From the NCBI GenBank assembly GCA_024650005.2, contig CP122380.1:192001-256000 (forward strand): a stretch of DNA of 64,000 nt, read 5' to 3'. The stretch is from Candidatus Bathyarchaeum tardum (GTDB lineage: Archaea > Thermoproteota > Bathyarchaeia > Bathyarchaeales > Bathyarchaeaceae). A program made the translations under genes and the position numbers. This document shows positions 10,269 to 19,178 of the stretch, piece after piece. How positions within the stretch are numbered: position 1 is the first letter of the stretch; the number at the start of each line of letters is the position of its first letter. The notes beneath the pieces were generated by a model that saw nothing but the letters and a program-made list of their open reading frames with translations, had not been told where the DNA came from and searched no databases.

Positions 10269-11084
10269 ATGGTAACAAAAATCGAATCCCTGTATAATGC
10301 CCTTCTTCCAATTAAAGTTGTAAACTTCAATGACATCCTAGAGAAAGCCACAGCCATTATTGAAACTAACCCTGAACGCAAATATGTTTACCGCAAATAT
10401 GTAAGGAGTTTAATCAAAAAAGGCAAGCTTCAGAGGATTAGAAGAGGCTTATACATAGTTTTGTCTCCCCTTGAAGAACCAAAAAGACACATAATCGATA
10501 AACTTCTAATTGCGTCCAAAATCAAGGACGAATACTACCTAGGTTTTCATACCGCCCTTGAATACTATGGTTGCGCCAGTTCGTTTTACAATGAAGCCTA
10601 CATCTGTATAAAAGCAAAAGACCGATTTGATCCTTTCAAATACAAAAGATTCAGCTTCAAACCCGTATTTGTAGCTGATACTAACACCGAAGTTGAACAA
10701 AAAAAATACAAAACAACCACAATAACCGTTAGCAGTAAAGAAAAAACATTCATTGACTGCATCGACAAAATTCAATACGCGGGAGGATGGGAAGAAGCCA
10801 TCAAAAGCCTTGAAGGACTGGGAGGAATAAATATAGAAAAACTATTGAGCCATCTCTACACCTACGACAAAGACATACTATACAGAAGAGTAGGCTACGT
10901 CTTAGAGCTCCTAAAAAACAGATCACAATTCTATGAAGACATAAACGAACAACTGTTAGTTGAACTTAAAAAGCGAATATCAGGTCCACCCCGATACCTG
11001 ATAAACACTAAAGAAGGAACTCTTGACAGAAGATGGCAACTGTATATTCCAGAAGATTTTCAAGAAAAATTACGAGGGATTTAA
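10269..11084 (+). CDS. Type IV TA/abortive infection antitoxin, AbiEi family
   Basis: wHTH RIRRGLY, YLGFHTALEYYG, S.EKTFID motifs; paired with nucleotidyltransferase. Confidence 0.85.
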   Translation: MVTKIESLYNALLPIKVVNFNDILEKATAIIETNPERKYVYRKYVRSLIKKGKLQRIRRGLYIVLSPLEEPKRHIIDKLLIASKIKDEYYLGFHTALEYYGCASSFYNEAYICIKAKDRFDPFKYKRFSFKPVFVADTNTEVEQKKYKTTTITVSSKEKTFIDCIDKIQYAGGWEEAIKSLEGLGGINIEKLLSHLYTYDKDILYRRVGYVLELLKNRSQFYEDINEQLLVELKKRISGPPRYLINTKEGTLDRRWQLYIPEDFQEKLRGI

Positions 11085-12048
11085 ACTGAAAAGAGATTAC
11101 GACCTAGACGAACTGGCACGCAGTCACGGCTTTGACGTTCGGCAGATTGAAAAAGTATGCAGAATTTCTGATGTCCTAGAAGATATTTCAGCCATAAAAT
11201 TCCTAAGAGACCGACTCTCCCTTTACGGTGGAACCGCACTTACATTTATTCACTCTGAAAAGATAACTCGACTTTCTGTCGATTTAGATTTCAACTATCG
11301 GGACTTGGACGAAAAAGACTGGGGTGAAACCCGAAAAGACATCGACACGAAAATGAAAGAACTGCTTTACAGGCAAAAATATAACCGCTCTCACCTAGCT
11401 ATAAATGCAAGTTACCCCTTAGCGAGAATTACTGTAAGCTATATCAACACCCTTGGAACAAATGACAACTTCAAACTCGAAATAGGATACATGCGCAGAA
11501 CACCCATCCTCAAAACCGAATCAATTGAAGAATTCCGGCATATAGGCACACAAGAAACATATCCAATAAAAACTCCAACAAAAGAAGAACTCTTCGCAAA
11601 CAAATGGTGTACCCTTCTTTACCGAGGAACACCAAGAGATCTCTTCGATGTCTACCAAATATCCAAAAACAAAATAAATTTTGAAACATTCCGAAAATGC
11701 TCCATTGTAGACAGCTTAATGCGCGGAAAAACAGAAATCCATAAACTTAACATAGAAAAAATACTTGAACCAATAAACTTGGACTCCAACCTAAGAAACG
11801 TATTACAGACAGAGATGCTTTCAAAACTAGACATCAACGAAATGAAAGAAAAAGTCAAAGAATTCAGCCAAAAAACACTAGAAACATTAACACAAAATGA
11901 AATTAAAGCAATTGACCACTTTAACCGACTACAACAATTCGAACCAAGCTTAATCGATGAAAAAAGAATCTTTCACCCCAACATAAAAAACCACCCTGGC
12001 ATACAACGATCACTACAAAAACTATCAACAAATAAAAAACAAACTTAA
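11023..12048 (+). CDS. Nucleotidyltransferase toxin, AbiEii/AbiGii family (start may be CTG 11086)
   Basis: LYGGTAL...RLSVDLDF, ANK..TL..R...RDLFD. Confidence 0.88.
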   Translation: MTEDGNCIFQKIFKKNYEGFKLKRDYDLDELARSHGFDVRQIEKVCRISDVLEDISAIKFLRDRLSLYGGTALTFIHSEKITRLSVDLDFNYRDLDEKDWGETRKDIDTKMKELLYRQKYNRSHLAINASYPLARITVSYINTLGTNDNFKLEIGYMRRTPILKTESIEEFRHIGTQETYPIKTPTKEELFANKWCTLLYRGTPRDLFDVYQISKNKINFETFRKCSIVDSLMRGKTEIHKLNIEKILEPINLDSNLRNVLQTEMLSKLDINEMKEKVKEFSQKTLETLTQNEIKAIDHFNRLQQFEPSLIDEKRIFHPNIKNHPGIQRSLQKLSTNKKQT

Positions 12049-12136
12049 ACAATTCAAAAAAAGGGGAATTGCAGGAGGATGCTTCCACCAATAGCTTACG
12101 GGGTTGAATTCAAATTTCTTATATCGGCTTTTATTT

Positions 12137-12535
12137 TTATTTTTGATTTGCTGGTTTCAAAGTGTTTATTGGCGATGAATTATAGTTAGGTATCTCTTTT
12201 GTTACTTCAATAGTGAAACCTGATTTTTCTAAACTGTTTTTTATTCGATTAACATATGCGCCGTGGGTTCCCCAAGAAAGTTCAAGAACTCCTGAGGATC
12301 CTGCAAAGGATATGAGTTCCAGATTTGTTTCAGATGGGCTTGTTTCTTTTATGATTATAAATATTGCTGCATTGCTGTTTGCCCTGATGTAGTATGATTC
12401 CCCTAAAATTACTGCAATTTTTCCTTCTGAACTGTTCCATTTTTCGTTGTGGATGCTGCCGAAATATTTCGTCATATGCTGAGTAATTTGTTCAAATGAA
12501 CTTGATACTTTGCATAACATGTAATGAGCTGTCAA
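12137..12535 (-). CDS. Hypothetical protein, DUF6054-like
   Basis: E.YYIRANSNA...AGSSG....SWG pattern; TTG start. Confidence 0.55.
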   Translation of the reverse strand: MTAHYMLCKVSSSFEQITQHMTKYFGSIHNEKWNSSEGKIAVILGESYYIRANSNAAIFIIIKETSPSETNLELISFAGSSGVLELSWGTHGAYVNRIKNSLEKSGFTIEVTKEIPNYNSSPINTLKPANQK

Positions 12536-12597
12536 TTATTTTCTACCTATTAATGCTTGGATTATTAGATATTAAAACTCTTTTGAATAAAAAATGT

Positions 12598-13575
12598 CTA
12601 GATCCGCGTCATTTCATTGATTGGGATCAAGCAATGTGAAGCAAAAGTAATGTTATGTTTTTCTTCTTCTGCCATGACTGCTCCGGGTACGATGCCGCCG
12701 ACCATGCATATGCCGAATCTGTCCATGCTTACAGGTATCCCAAGTACCGGCTCGTTGGGTTCTCCTAAAACAAGAACCCCGCCCCAGCCTTTCTTTTGCT
12801 GTTCTTCAATAATTTTAATTGTTTTTTCCCTTGCTTCACAAGGAACTTCTCGTATAGTTGCCAATAACATGCCTGAACCTGTTTTTAGCATCCTTGAGAT
12901 TGATGTCATTTTTCTATGAACAAATACTTCCAGCGGAGGAATTGTTGTTCCTTCATACGAGATTATTTCTACAAATCTGATTGGTTTATGATTTACTACT
13001 TGAACAAGTCCCCCATACTTGAAAAACAGGGGAATCCCCGAATGAATCATTATGCTATCTAAGGTTAAGTTACAAACAGTAAAAAGGGCAATTTTGTCCT
13101 TAGGGACAGAAATGTCGTAGTATTCCTCTTTTTCTTTAATTACTTTGATGTATGGTGCTGAAAGGAGATTCATGTATTGAAGTGCGTTCATGGTTTTTAC
13201 TGTTTTGTCTTGAAGATTTTTGTTTAGCACCGACACGTTTGCGATTACTGTTCCTTTGTCTGTTGTTGGGTTATATGTTGCTGCGTATGCTAAGGACATA
13301 AAACGGGTGGTGGTGAAACCTAGCCTTTGAGTAGCCAGAGAACGGCTCAACTCTTCAAGACCCTTGTTTGTTATTGATCTTCCTTTTCGGTCATGCCCTA
13401 ATACGAAGCCTTTTGCTTCTAAAAGTTGAAGATGATATCTTACTGTTCTTTCGCTCAGGAGAAAACCTCTTTTTTTTAGTTCTCTTTTCAGCAAAGTTGA
13501 ACCCAACGGGTTACCAAACTCGCTTAAAATTCTTAATATTTCGATTTCTTTTCTAGCACTTTCTTTCTCCTGCAA
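12598..13575 (-). CDS. nrpR: Nitrogen repressor NrpR (wHTH + DUF128/NRD)
   Basis: EILRIL...LGS..L..EL..RG..LSERTVRYHL, GR.IT.KG.EEL, TVCNLTLD, KYGGL, I.Y.GTT..PLE. Confidence 0.92.
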   Translation of the reverse strand: MQEKESARKEIEILRILSEFGNPLGSTLLKRELKKRGFLLSERTVRYHLQLLEAKGFVLGHDRKGRSITNKGLEELSRSLATQRLGFTTTRFMSLAYAATYNPTTDKGTVIANVSVLNKNLQDKTVKTMNALQYMNLLSAPYIKVIKEKEEYYDISVPKDKIALFTVCNLTLDSIMIHSGIPLFFKYGGLVQVVNHKPIRFVEIISYEGTTIPPLEVFVHRKMTSISRMLKTGSGMLLATIREVPCEAREKTIKIIEEQQKKGWGGVLVLGEPNEPVLGIPVSMDRFGICMVGGIVPGAVMAEEEKHNITFASHCLIPINEMTRI

Positions 13576-13614
13576 AATAAACCCACTTTTTTGTTAGAAA
13601 AAATTTCAAAAAGC

Positions 13615-13650
13615 AAGGGACAAACTGTCCCCATTTTTTTATTTGTTTTT
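13615..13650 (-). terminator. Hairpin between gdhA and nrpR
   Basis: GGGACA-aac-TGTCCC with flanking A/T tracts. Confidence 0.35.
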
Positions 13651-14898
13651 TTAAATCATTCCTCGGATTTTCATGGCTTCGATTACTCGATTTACTGCGA
13701 CTACATATGCAGCTTGTCTCATGTTCACGCCATATTTTTTAGCAGAATCTAAGACCTCATGATATGCTTTGCTCATTTTTGTTGCTAATCTTTCATGGAT
13801 TGTTTCCAAGTTCCAGTAATACATTGAAGCGTTTTGTACCATCTCGAAATATGAAACAGTTACTCCTCCTGCGTTACACAAGAAATCAGGTATTAGGTGA
13901 ACTCCGTTTTTGTACAAAATTTCATCTGCTTCTGGTGTAGTTGGTCCATTAGCTAGTTCAGCTAAAACTTTAGCTTTGATGCGCGAGGCGTTTTCAGCAG
14001 TAATTATGTTTTCTAGGGATGCTGCAATTAAGATATCTACATCAAGTTCGAGTAGTTCTTCACCCGAAATTGTTTGAGTATTTGGAGAATTTACAACTGA
14101 ACAAGTTTCTGCTTTGCATGTGCAAATACTGTCAAGGTCAAGGCCATTCTTGTTATATACTCCACCTTTAGAGTCGCTTACTGCCACAACATTTGCGCCA
14201 AAAAATTCTTTACTTAAAAGTGCAGCATAGCAACCTGCGTTGCCGTAACCATGTATTGCTATAGTGGCTTTTTTCATGTCTATGCCCAATTCTTTTGCAG
14301 CTTCTCGAATAGTGTACATTCCACCTCGAGCAGTTGCATCGTCGCGTCCGCAGGAACCTCCAACACATATTGGTTTTCCTGTGATACAGCCAAAAGTATT
14401 GTTTCCTGTAATTTTTGCGTATTCATCCATCATCCATGCCATAGTTTGGGAGTTTGTATATACGTCTGGAGCAGGCACGTCTTTTTGGGGTCCAATAAAT
14501 TGCCAAATACTTTTGATGTATGACCTGCTTAAACGTTCTAGTTCATTTTTGCTCATCTCTTTTGGATTGCATATAATTCCGCCTTTTCCTCCGCCCAGTG
14601 GCAAATCTAAAAGGGAACATTTCCAGGTCATCCATGCTGCTAAGGCCCTGACTGTGTCTACTGTTTCTTCAGGATGAAAACGAATGCCACCTTTTGTAGG
14701 GCCTAGCGCGTCATTATATTGAACACGAAATCCTTGGAACACTTTGGTTTTGCCGTTATCCATTCTAACTGGGATTGATACGTGTAGTTCGCGCATAGGA
14801 TGACTCAGTATTTCATAAACGTCACTATCTAACTTGAGTATCTTTGCACAATCATTTAGTTGCTTTCGTGCAATTTCAAATGAGTTTTCGTTTGCCAT
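13651..14898 (-). CDS. gdhA: Glutamate dehydrogenase (NAD(P))
   Basis: GPTKGGIRFHP, MTWK, GGGKGG, DVPAPDV, ELANGPTT, NAGGVTVSYFE. Confidence 0.96.
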   Translation of the reverse strand: MANENSFEIARKQLNDCAKILKLDSDVYEILSHPMRELHVSIPVRMDNGKTKVFQGFRVQYNDALGPTKGGIRFHPEETVDTVRALAAWMTWKCSLLDLPLGGGKGGIICNPKEMSKNELERLSRSYIKSIWQFIGPQKDVPAPDVYTNSQTMAWMMDEYAKITGNNTFGCITGKPICVGGSCGRDDATARGGMYTIREAAKELGIDMKKATIAIHGYGNAGCYAALLSKEFFGANVVAVSDSKGGVYNKNGLDLDSICTCKAETCSVVNSPNTQTISGEELLELDVDILIAASLENIITAENASRIKAKVLAELANGPTTPEADEILYKNGVHLIPDFLCNAGGVTVSYFEMVQNASMYYWNLETIHERLATKMSKAYHEVLDSAKKYGVNMRQAAYVVAVNRVIEAMKIRGMI

Positions 14899-14914
14899 TT
14901 TTTAACACCGATAA

Positions 14915-15247
14915 CTAGTTTGTGTGCGCCGAATGATTGGCGACTTTTTTTATGCTTTTGAAACTTAGTGAAGTTTCTACAGGGAAGTCTGTTGGGAATG
15001 TTATTTCGTATACGTCGGCTGTGTTGCAGTTTTCACATTTCAGCGGTCTCCATCTGCATGCAAAACAGTTTTCGGATTCCATGCCGATGCGAAGGCATAT
15101 GTCTTCACATCCTTCTTTGCGTCCAACAATTACTCCAACAAATTCGATCCATGTTTTTCCACAATGAATGCAGGTGAACCTTTTTTTGATCAGTTTGCCT
15201 GTTTTTTTTCTGTTTTCTATCTCCTTGATTACCTCGGTAATTTCCAA
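14915..15247 (-). CDS. Cys-rich (8 Cys) putative zinc-binding protein
   Basis: CIHC, CEDIC, CFAC, CENC; 16 nt upstream of gdhA on the same strand. Confidence 0.7.
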   Translation of the reverse strand: MEITEVIKEIENRKKTGKLIKKRFTCIHCGKTWIEFVGVIVGRKEGCEDICLRIGMESENCFACRWRPLKCENCNTADVYEITFPTDFPVETSLSFKSIKKVANHSAHTN

Positions 15248-15469
15248 GAGAGCATCCCCACGTTATAAGGCTATTTAGTGAATATTTATGTATTTTGTTC
15301 GTTTATTACATTTTAAAACTGACATTATAAGATAAAATTGTGTAAATATTATATTTTGTCAACGTCTGTAAAAATTACACATATTCAGTCGACATTTTAA
15401 GATTTTTCTTCTAAAATGGTATAATTTAAAAACACTGATGTGTTATCTTTCAACAAAGAAGGGCATATT

Positions 15470-15949
15470 ATGGCTAATAAATTAAAAGTTGATTTGATTG
15501 ACCGTAAACTGATTAGAGCCCTACAAAAAGACGCACGTACAAATTTTGCAGATATTGCTAAAGACTGTGACGTGTCAACAGACACAATCAGCAAACGATT
15601 CAGAAAATTGAAAACCGCTGGCATCATAAAAGGAACCACTATACTTTTGAATCCAAAAAGTTTTGGAAATGAATGTGTAGGAAGCTTTGGGGTTGACGTC
15701 AGCTATCCACATTTGAAGACTGTTGTTGAAACAATACAAAAAATACCTGAAGTTGTTATTTGTACTACTTCAATGGGTAAGCATGACATTTTTTGTATAG
15801 CTGTTCTCAAAAATGTTGGGCGCCTAAGTCAAGTAAAAGACTTGATCAAAGGGCACCCTGCGGTAAGGGAAGTTACAACAAGCATCTGGGTTGAGGAAAT
15901 ATTGCTTTGCCCCGAAAATTTTGAATTTCAAAAATTAGGGATGCAGTGA
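15470..15949 (+). CDS. Lrp/AsnC family regulator
   Basis: DLIDRKLIRALQKDARTNFADIA HTH plus RAM domain. Confidence 0.92.
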   Translation: MANKLKVDLIDRKLIRALQKDARTNFADIAKDCDVSTDTISKRFRKLKTAGIIKGTTILLNPKSFGNECVGSFGVDVSYPHLKTVVETIQKIPEVVICTTSMGKHDIFCIAVLKNVGRLSQVKDLIKGHPAVREVTTSIWVEEILLCPENFEFQKLGMQ

Positions 15950-16431
15950 ACAAAATGGATAAAACTGATTCAACAATAATTAATTTATTGACTGTAGATG
16001 CTCGGACCTCTTTTCGAAAAATTGCCCGGGAGCTTGGGGTTTCTCCTGATACTGTAATATGCAGATACAAAGCGCTACAAGAGCAAGGTGTAATTCGTGG
16101 GTCAACTGTAGTTCTTGATCCAAAAAAAATTGGTTACAAGGGGATGGCTGCATTTATGATCGACACTTCCCCTACAAATATTATCGCAACAGAAGCAACG
16201 CCCCCTGAAGAATTGTCCCATATTTTAGAAACATTGATCAAAATGCCCGACGTGATTCTGGCTACAAAGACAGTTGGCGACCATGATATGCTGGCTATCG
16301 CTGTAATCAAAGATGTTGAACATCTAATTGAGACCGGCGGGAACATTGCTAAGATATCTGGAGTAAAAGATTTGCAGGTATCTTTTTGGGTTGAAAAAGC
16401 AGAGCTTCATCCAAAATATTTCATAATTTAA
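15946..16431 (+). CDS. Lrp/AsnC family regulator
   Basis: DKTDSTIINLLTVDARTSFRKIARELGVS; GTGA overlap with previous gene. Confidence 0.92.
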   Translation: MNKMDKTDSTIINLLTVDARTSFRKIARELGVSPDTVICRYKALQEQGVIRGSTVVLDPKKIGYKGMAAFMIDTSPTNIIATEATPPEELSHILETLIKMPDVILATKTVGDHDMLAIAVIKDVEHLIETGGNIAKISGVKDLQVSFWVEKAELHPKYFII

Positions 16432-16453
16432 ACCAAGGGATTTCCTTGGTTTC
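16430..16453. terminator. Hairpin between convergent genes
   Basis: AAACCAAGG-gattt-CCTTGGTTT. Confidence 0.55.
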
Positions 16454-16500
16454 TAAATTATGAGTAACAAATTTCATGTTTCAAAGCGTTGTAGGAAAAT

Positions 16501-17778
16501 TTACTGTTGTTTACAGTATTTTTCTACTAATGTTTTTGTGTTTACCACGTTGAGTTGTTTGAATAGGAACTCAAATTGTTTTTCTACTTCTGTTGCGATG
16601 GTTGTTCGGGTTTGTTGAGGTAATGCCATGATCTCTTTTTTGAATTGTCCAAAAGCTTTTTTGCGGGTTTTGTAGATGAATTGTTCTTCGGTTTGGTCTT
16701 CTTTGCGTTCGTTTGCAAGGTTTGCTTTGAGCCAAGTGTACATTTTTTGTTTTAGGTCTTCCGGGAACTGTTTTGATTCATAAATTATGTTCTGGAAAGC
16801 CGTGGCTAAATGGACTTCTGCGGTTTCGCATTCAACAAATTTGTGGAACGCTTCTGGTGGCAGGGTTGATGCTCCATGTTGGACTGCTCCTGCCATTCCG
16901 TATTCTTTGCGAGCTTTTTCAGAGAGAGTTTTCAGTGTGTCAAAGTCAAGCTTGATTTTGGCTATTGAACCATCGGGTAAAACAACTCCGCCGTGGGTTG
17001 TTCCAGTTTGAATTGAAATCTTGCTGATTCCTGTTACATCTTTTCCTAGTTGGCTTTCTAGACCATTCATGTATGCTTTGAGGTCTTCAGGTGTGGAGTT
17101 TTGGGTTCCGATTTCGCCGATTTCTCCTCCTACAGAAATGGTAACGCCTTTTGGTTCTATGTTTCGAATAAACTGGGTAAGTTTTGCACAAACTTCATAA
17201 TTCAAACGTTGCTGTTCTGTTAATGTTGGTTTGGATAAGTCCACAAGGGTTGATGAGTCTATGTCAATGTTGTAAAACCCTGCGTTGATGGCGTCTGTAA
17301 TTAGGTTTTTTACGCCTTGGATTTCTTTGTCTGGGTTTTCTTTGAATTTGTCAGCTTTTACTTGGAAGTGGTCTCCTTGGATGAAAACTGGTCCTGAATA
17401 GTTTTCTTTTATTGCAGCTGCCAAAACCATGGCTGCAAATTCAACTGGGGGTTGATTAGTGTAGCCAATTTCTGATTTTGCAATCTCAAAAATGAAAGCG
17501 CCTGCGCTGTGTTTTTTGGCTACTCGAAATATTGCACAAGCCAAATCGTAGGTCATGGTTCTTAGATTCATGGCTGGAACCGTGAATCCTTCAAACTTGT
17601 TTCTGCCCCGAGCCATATAAAATTCATGAATACTTGCGGGGTAAATTCCATTTTCTTTTGCTAGGTCAAGAATTTGTTTTGCGATTTTTTGTTTTTCATC
17701 CATGTTGTCGGTCATGACCAACTGGGTTATAGTTTTTTCGATATCAAAAGATTTGGAGTCCATAACACACGCCGCCAT
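16501..17778 (-). CDS. Class II fructose/tagatose-bisphosphate aldolase (long form)
   Basis: FTVPAMN, FIQGDH, GGEIGEIG, GTTHGG, VQHGASTLP metal-binding motifs. Confidence 0.88.
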   Translation of the reverse strand: MAACVMDSKSFDIEKTITQLVMTDNMDEKQKIAKQILDLAKENGIYPASIHEFYMARGRNKFEGFTVPAMNLRTMTYDLACAIFRVAKKHSAGAFIFEIAKSEIGYTNQPPVEFAAMVLAAAIKENYSGPVFIQGDHFQVKADKFKENPDKEIQGVKNLITDAINAGFYNIDIDSSTLVDLSKPTLTEQQRLNYEVCAKLTQFIRNIEPKGVTISVGGEIGEIGTQNSTPEDLKAYMNGLESQLGKDVTGISKISIQTGTTHGGVVLPDGSIAKIKLDFDTLKTLSEKARKEYGMAGAVQHGASTLPPEAFHKFVECETAEVHLATAFQNIIYESKQFPEDLKQKMYTWLKANLANERKEDQTEEQFIYKTRKKAFGQFKKEIMALPQQTRTTIATEVEKQFEFLFKQLNVVNTKTLVEKYCKQQ

Positions 17779-18002
17779 TTAATCAATGCTTACTACTATA
17801 ATTCTCTATTATTTGAATATTAAATCATGAAACGAGATGTTACGTTAAATTACATAATTTTAAAACCGTAGCTTTTTTATTTTCCGTAAAAAGGTTGTTT
17901 TCAACAATGAACCTCATTAGTATACATATCTATTCACGTCTGTTCAGAACTCGCCAGGCACGTTGATAGAAACAATCTCGATGTTTTTTGATAAACTCAT
18001 TT

Positions 18003-19178
18003 TCATTTAGCCTTTTTAAAAACCATTTTTATAACTAACAAAATAGTTCCTAAACCTAAAAACTCAAATAAAGTTAGGTTATTCTCTGGAATTGTTTTGA
18101 TGTCGATTTGTTTGGTTAGTGGGTGGTTGTCTTGGTTGTTTTCGTCTAGGATGTATGGGGTGTCGCCTATGTTATCGCCGTTTTCGTCTATTCCGTCGTA
18201 GTCACTCCAGTAATTGCCGATGGTGCTGTTATCCCATGCTACGATGTCGGTTCCTTTATTCGTTGGGTTATAGTTTCCATACTTTATTTCATGTGTACTT
18301 ATCTGCTGGGTGTTTCCGACAAGTAAGTTGCCAAAAAACTTGTTTCCTTCTCCCCTGATTGCCATTTCTCCTCCGACAGGAAATGTTAATAACCAAACTG
18401 CGATGCTGTTTTCTGAAATGTTGTTACCATACACTTCGGCATTTCGGCAGCCTTCGGCAAAGCGGATTGCCCAGTCGTTTTTTGTAAAATTGTTTCCGTA
18501 AACCGAGTACGGTCCATAATAAATCATGTTTAGACCGCCTTCGTTGCTGGAAATGTTGTTTTCGGTGACAGTTATGTAGTTGGATTGTCCAATGTTTATG
18601 CCATACGTGTTTTCAGTTATGTTATTTCCAATGATAACAATACTTTTTGTATCGTATCCTGAAATTCCAGTGCCACAATTTGTGATGTTATTGCCAGAAA
18701 TCAACACATTGTTTGCTCGCGGTCTAATTCCTTCAGAATTGTTTACAATGTTGTTGTTGATTATTTTGCAACCTGACGGATGTGGTTCACCACTGTAGTT
18801 CACAATTGTGATTGCCACTCGGCAGTCCGTTATTGTAAATCCTGAAATAGTAACATCAGGGGCCGCAACCCTGATTGCTGTACCCCCTCGAATGTTGCTG
18901 TAGTTTCCTTGAATCATTGTGTTTTTTGGATCTTCGCCAATAATGGACACTGTTTTATAGACAATAATTGACGCGTTCTCATCCACGGGATAAACTCCAT
19001 TTTTTACAAAAACTGTATCCCCGACGTTGGCTGCTATAATGGCGTCTTGAATTGAATCATAATCATCTGGAACAACAATGGTTTTTGTTTCAGCATTGAC
19101 TAATGGAAATTGTATGACAACTAACCAACTAGAACAAAAAAGCAAAAGCAGAATTAATCTTGAAGCATTTTTTGTCAC
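18003..19178 (-). CDS. Secreted NosD/CASH beta-helix surface protein with PEF-CTERM-like tail
   Basis: Signal peptide, VPDDY.SIQ.AI, NNI..N repeats, GNYWSDY.G.D...D.IGDTPY, IPE+TM+KK. Confidence 0.9.
   Translation of the reverse strand: MTKNASRLILLLLFCSSWLVVIQFPLVNAETKTIVVPDDYDSIQDAIIAANVGDTVFVKNGVYPVDENASIIVYKTVSIIGEDPKNTMIQGNYSNIRGGTAIRVAAPDVTISGFTITDCRVAITIVNYSGEPHPSGCKIINNNIVNNSEGIRPRANNVLISGNNITNCGTGISGYDTKSIVIIGNNITENTYGINIGQSNYITVTENNISSNEGGLNMIYYGPYSVYGNNFTKNDWAIRFAEGCRNAEVYGNNISENSIAVWLLTFPVGGEMAIRGEGNKFFGNLLVGNTQQISTHEIKYGNYNPTNKGTDIVAWDNSTIGNYWSDYDGIDENGDNIGDTPYILDENNQDNHPLTKQIDIKTIPENNLTLFEFLGLGTILLVIKMVFKKAK

Noticed and set aside
12090-12120. Possible attR (TTCAAATTTCT) of the tRNA-Ile element
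   Set aside because: Match to the tRNA T-arm too short to be significant
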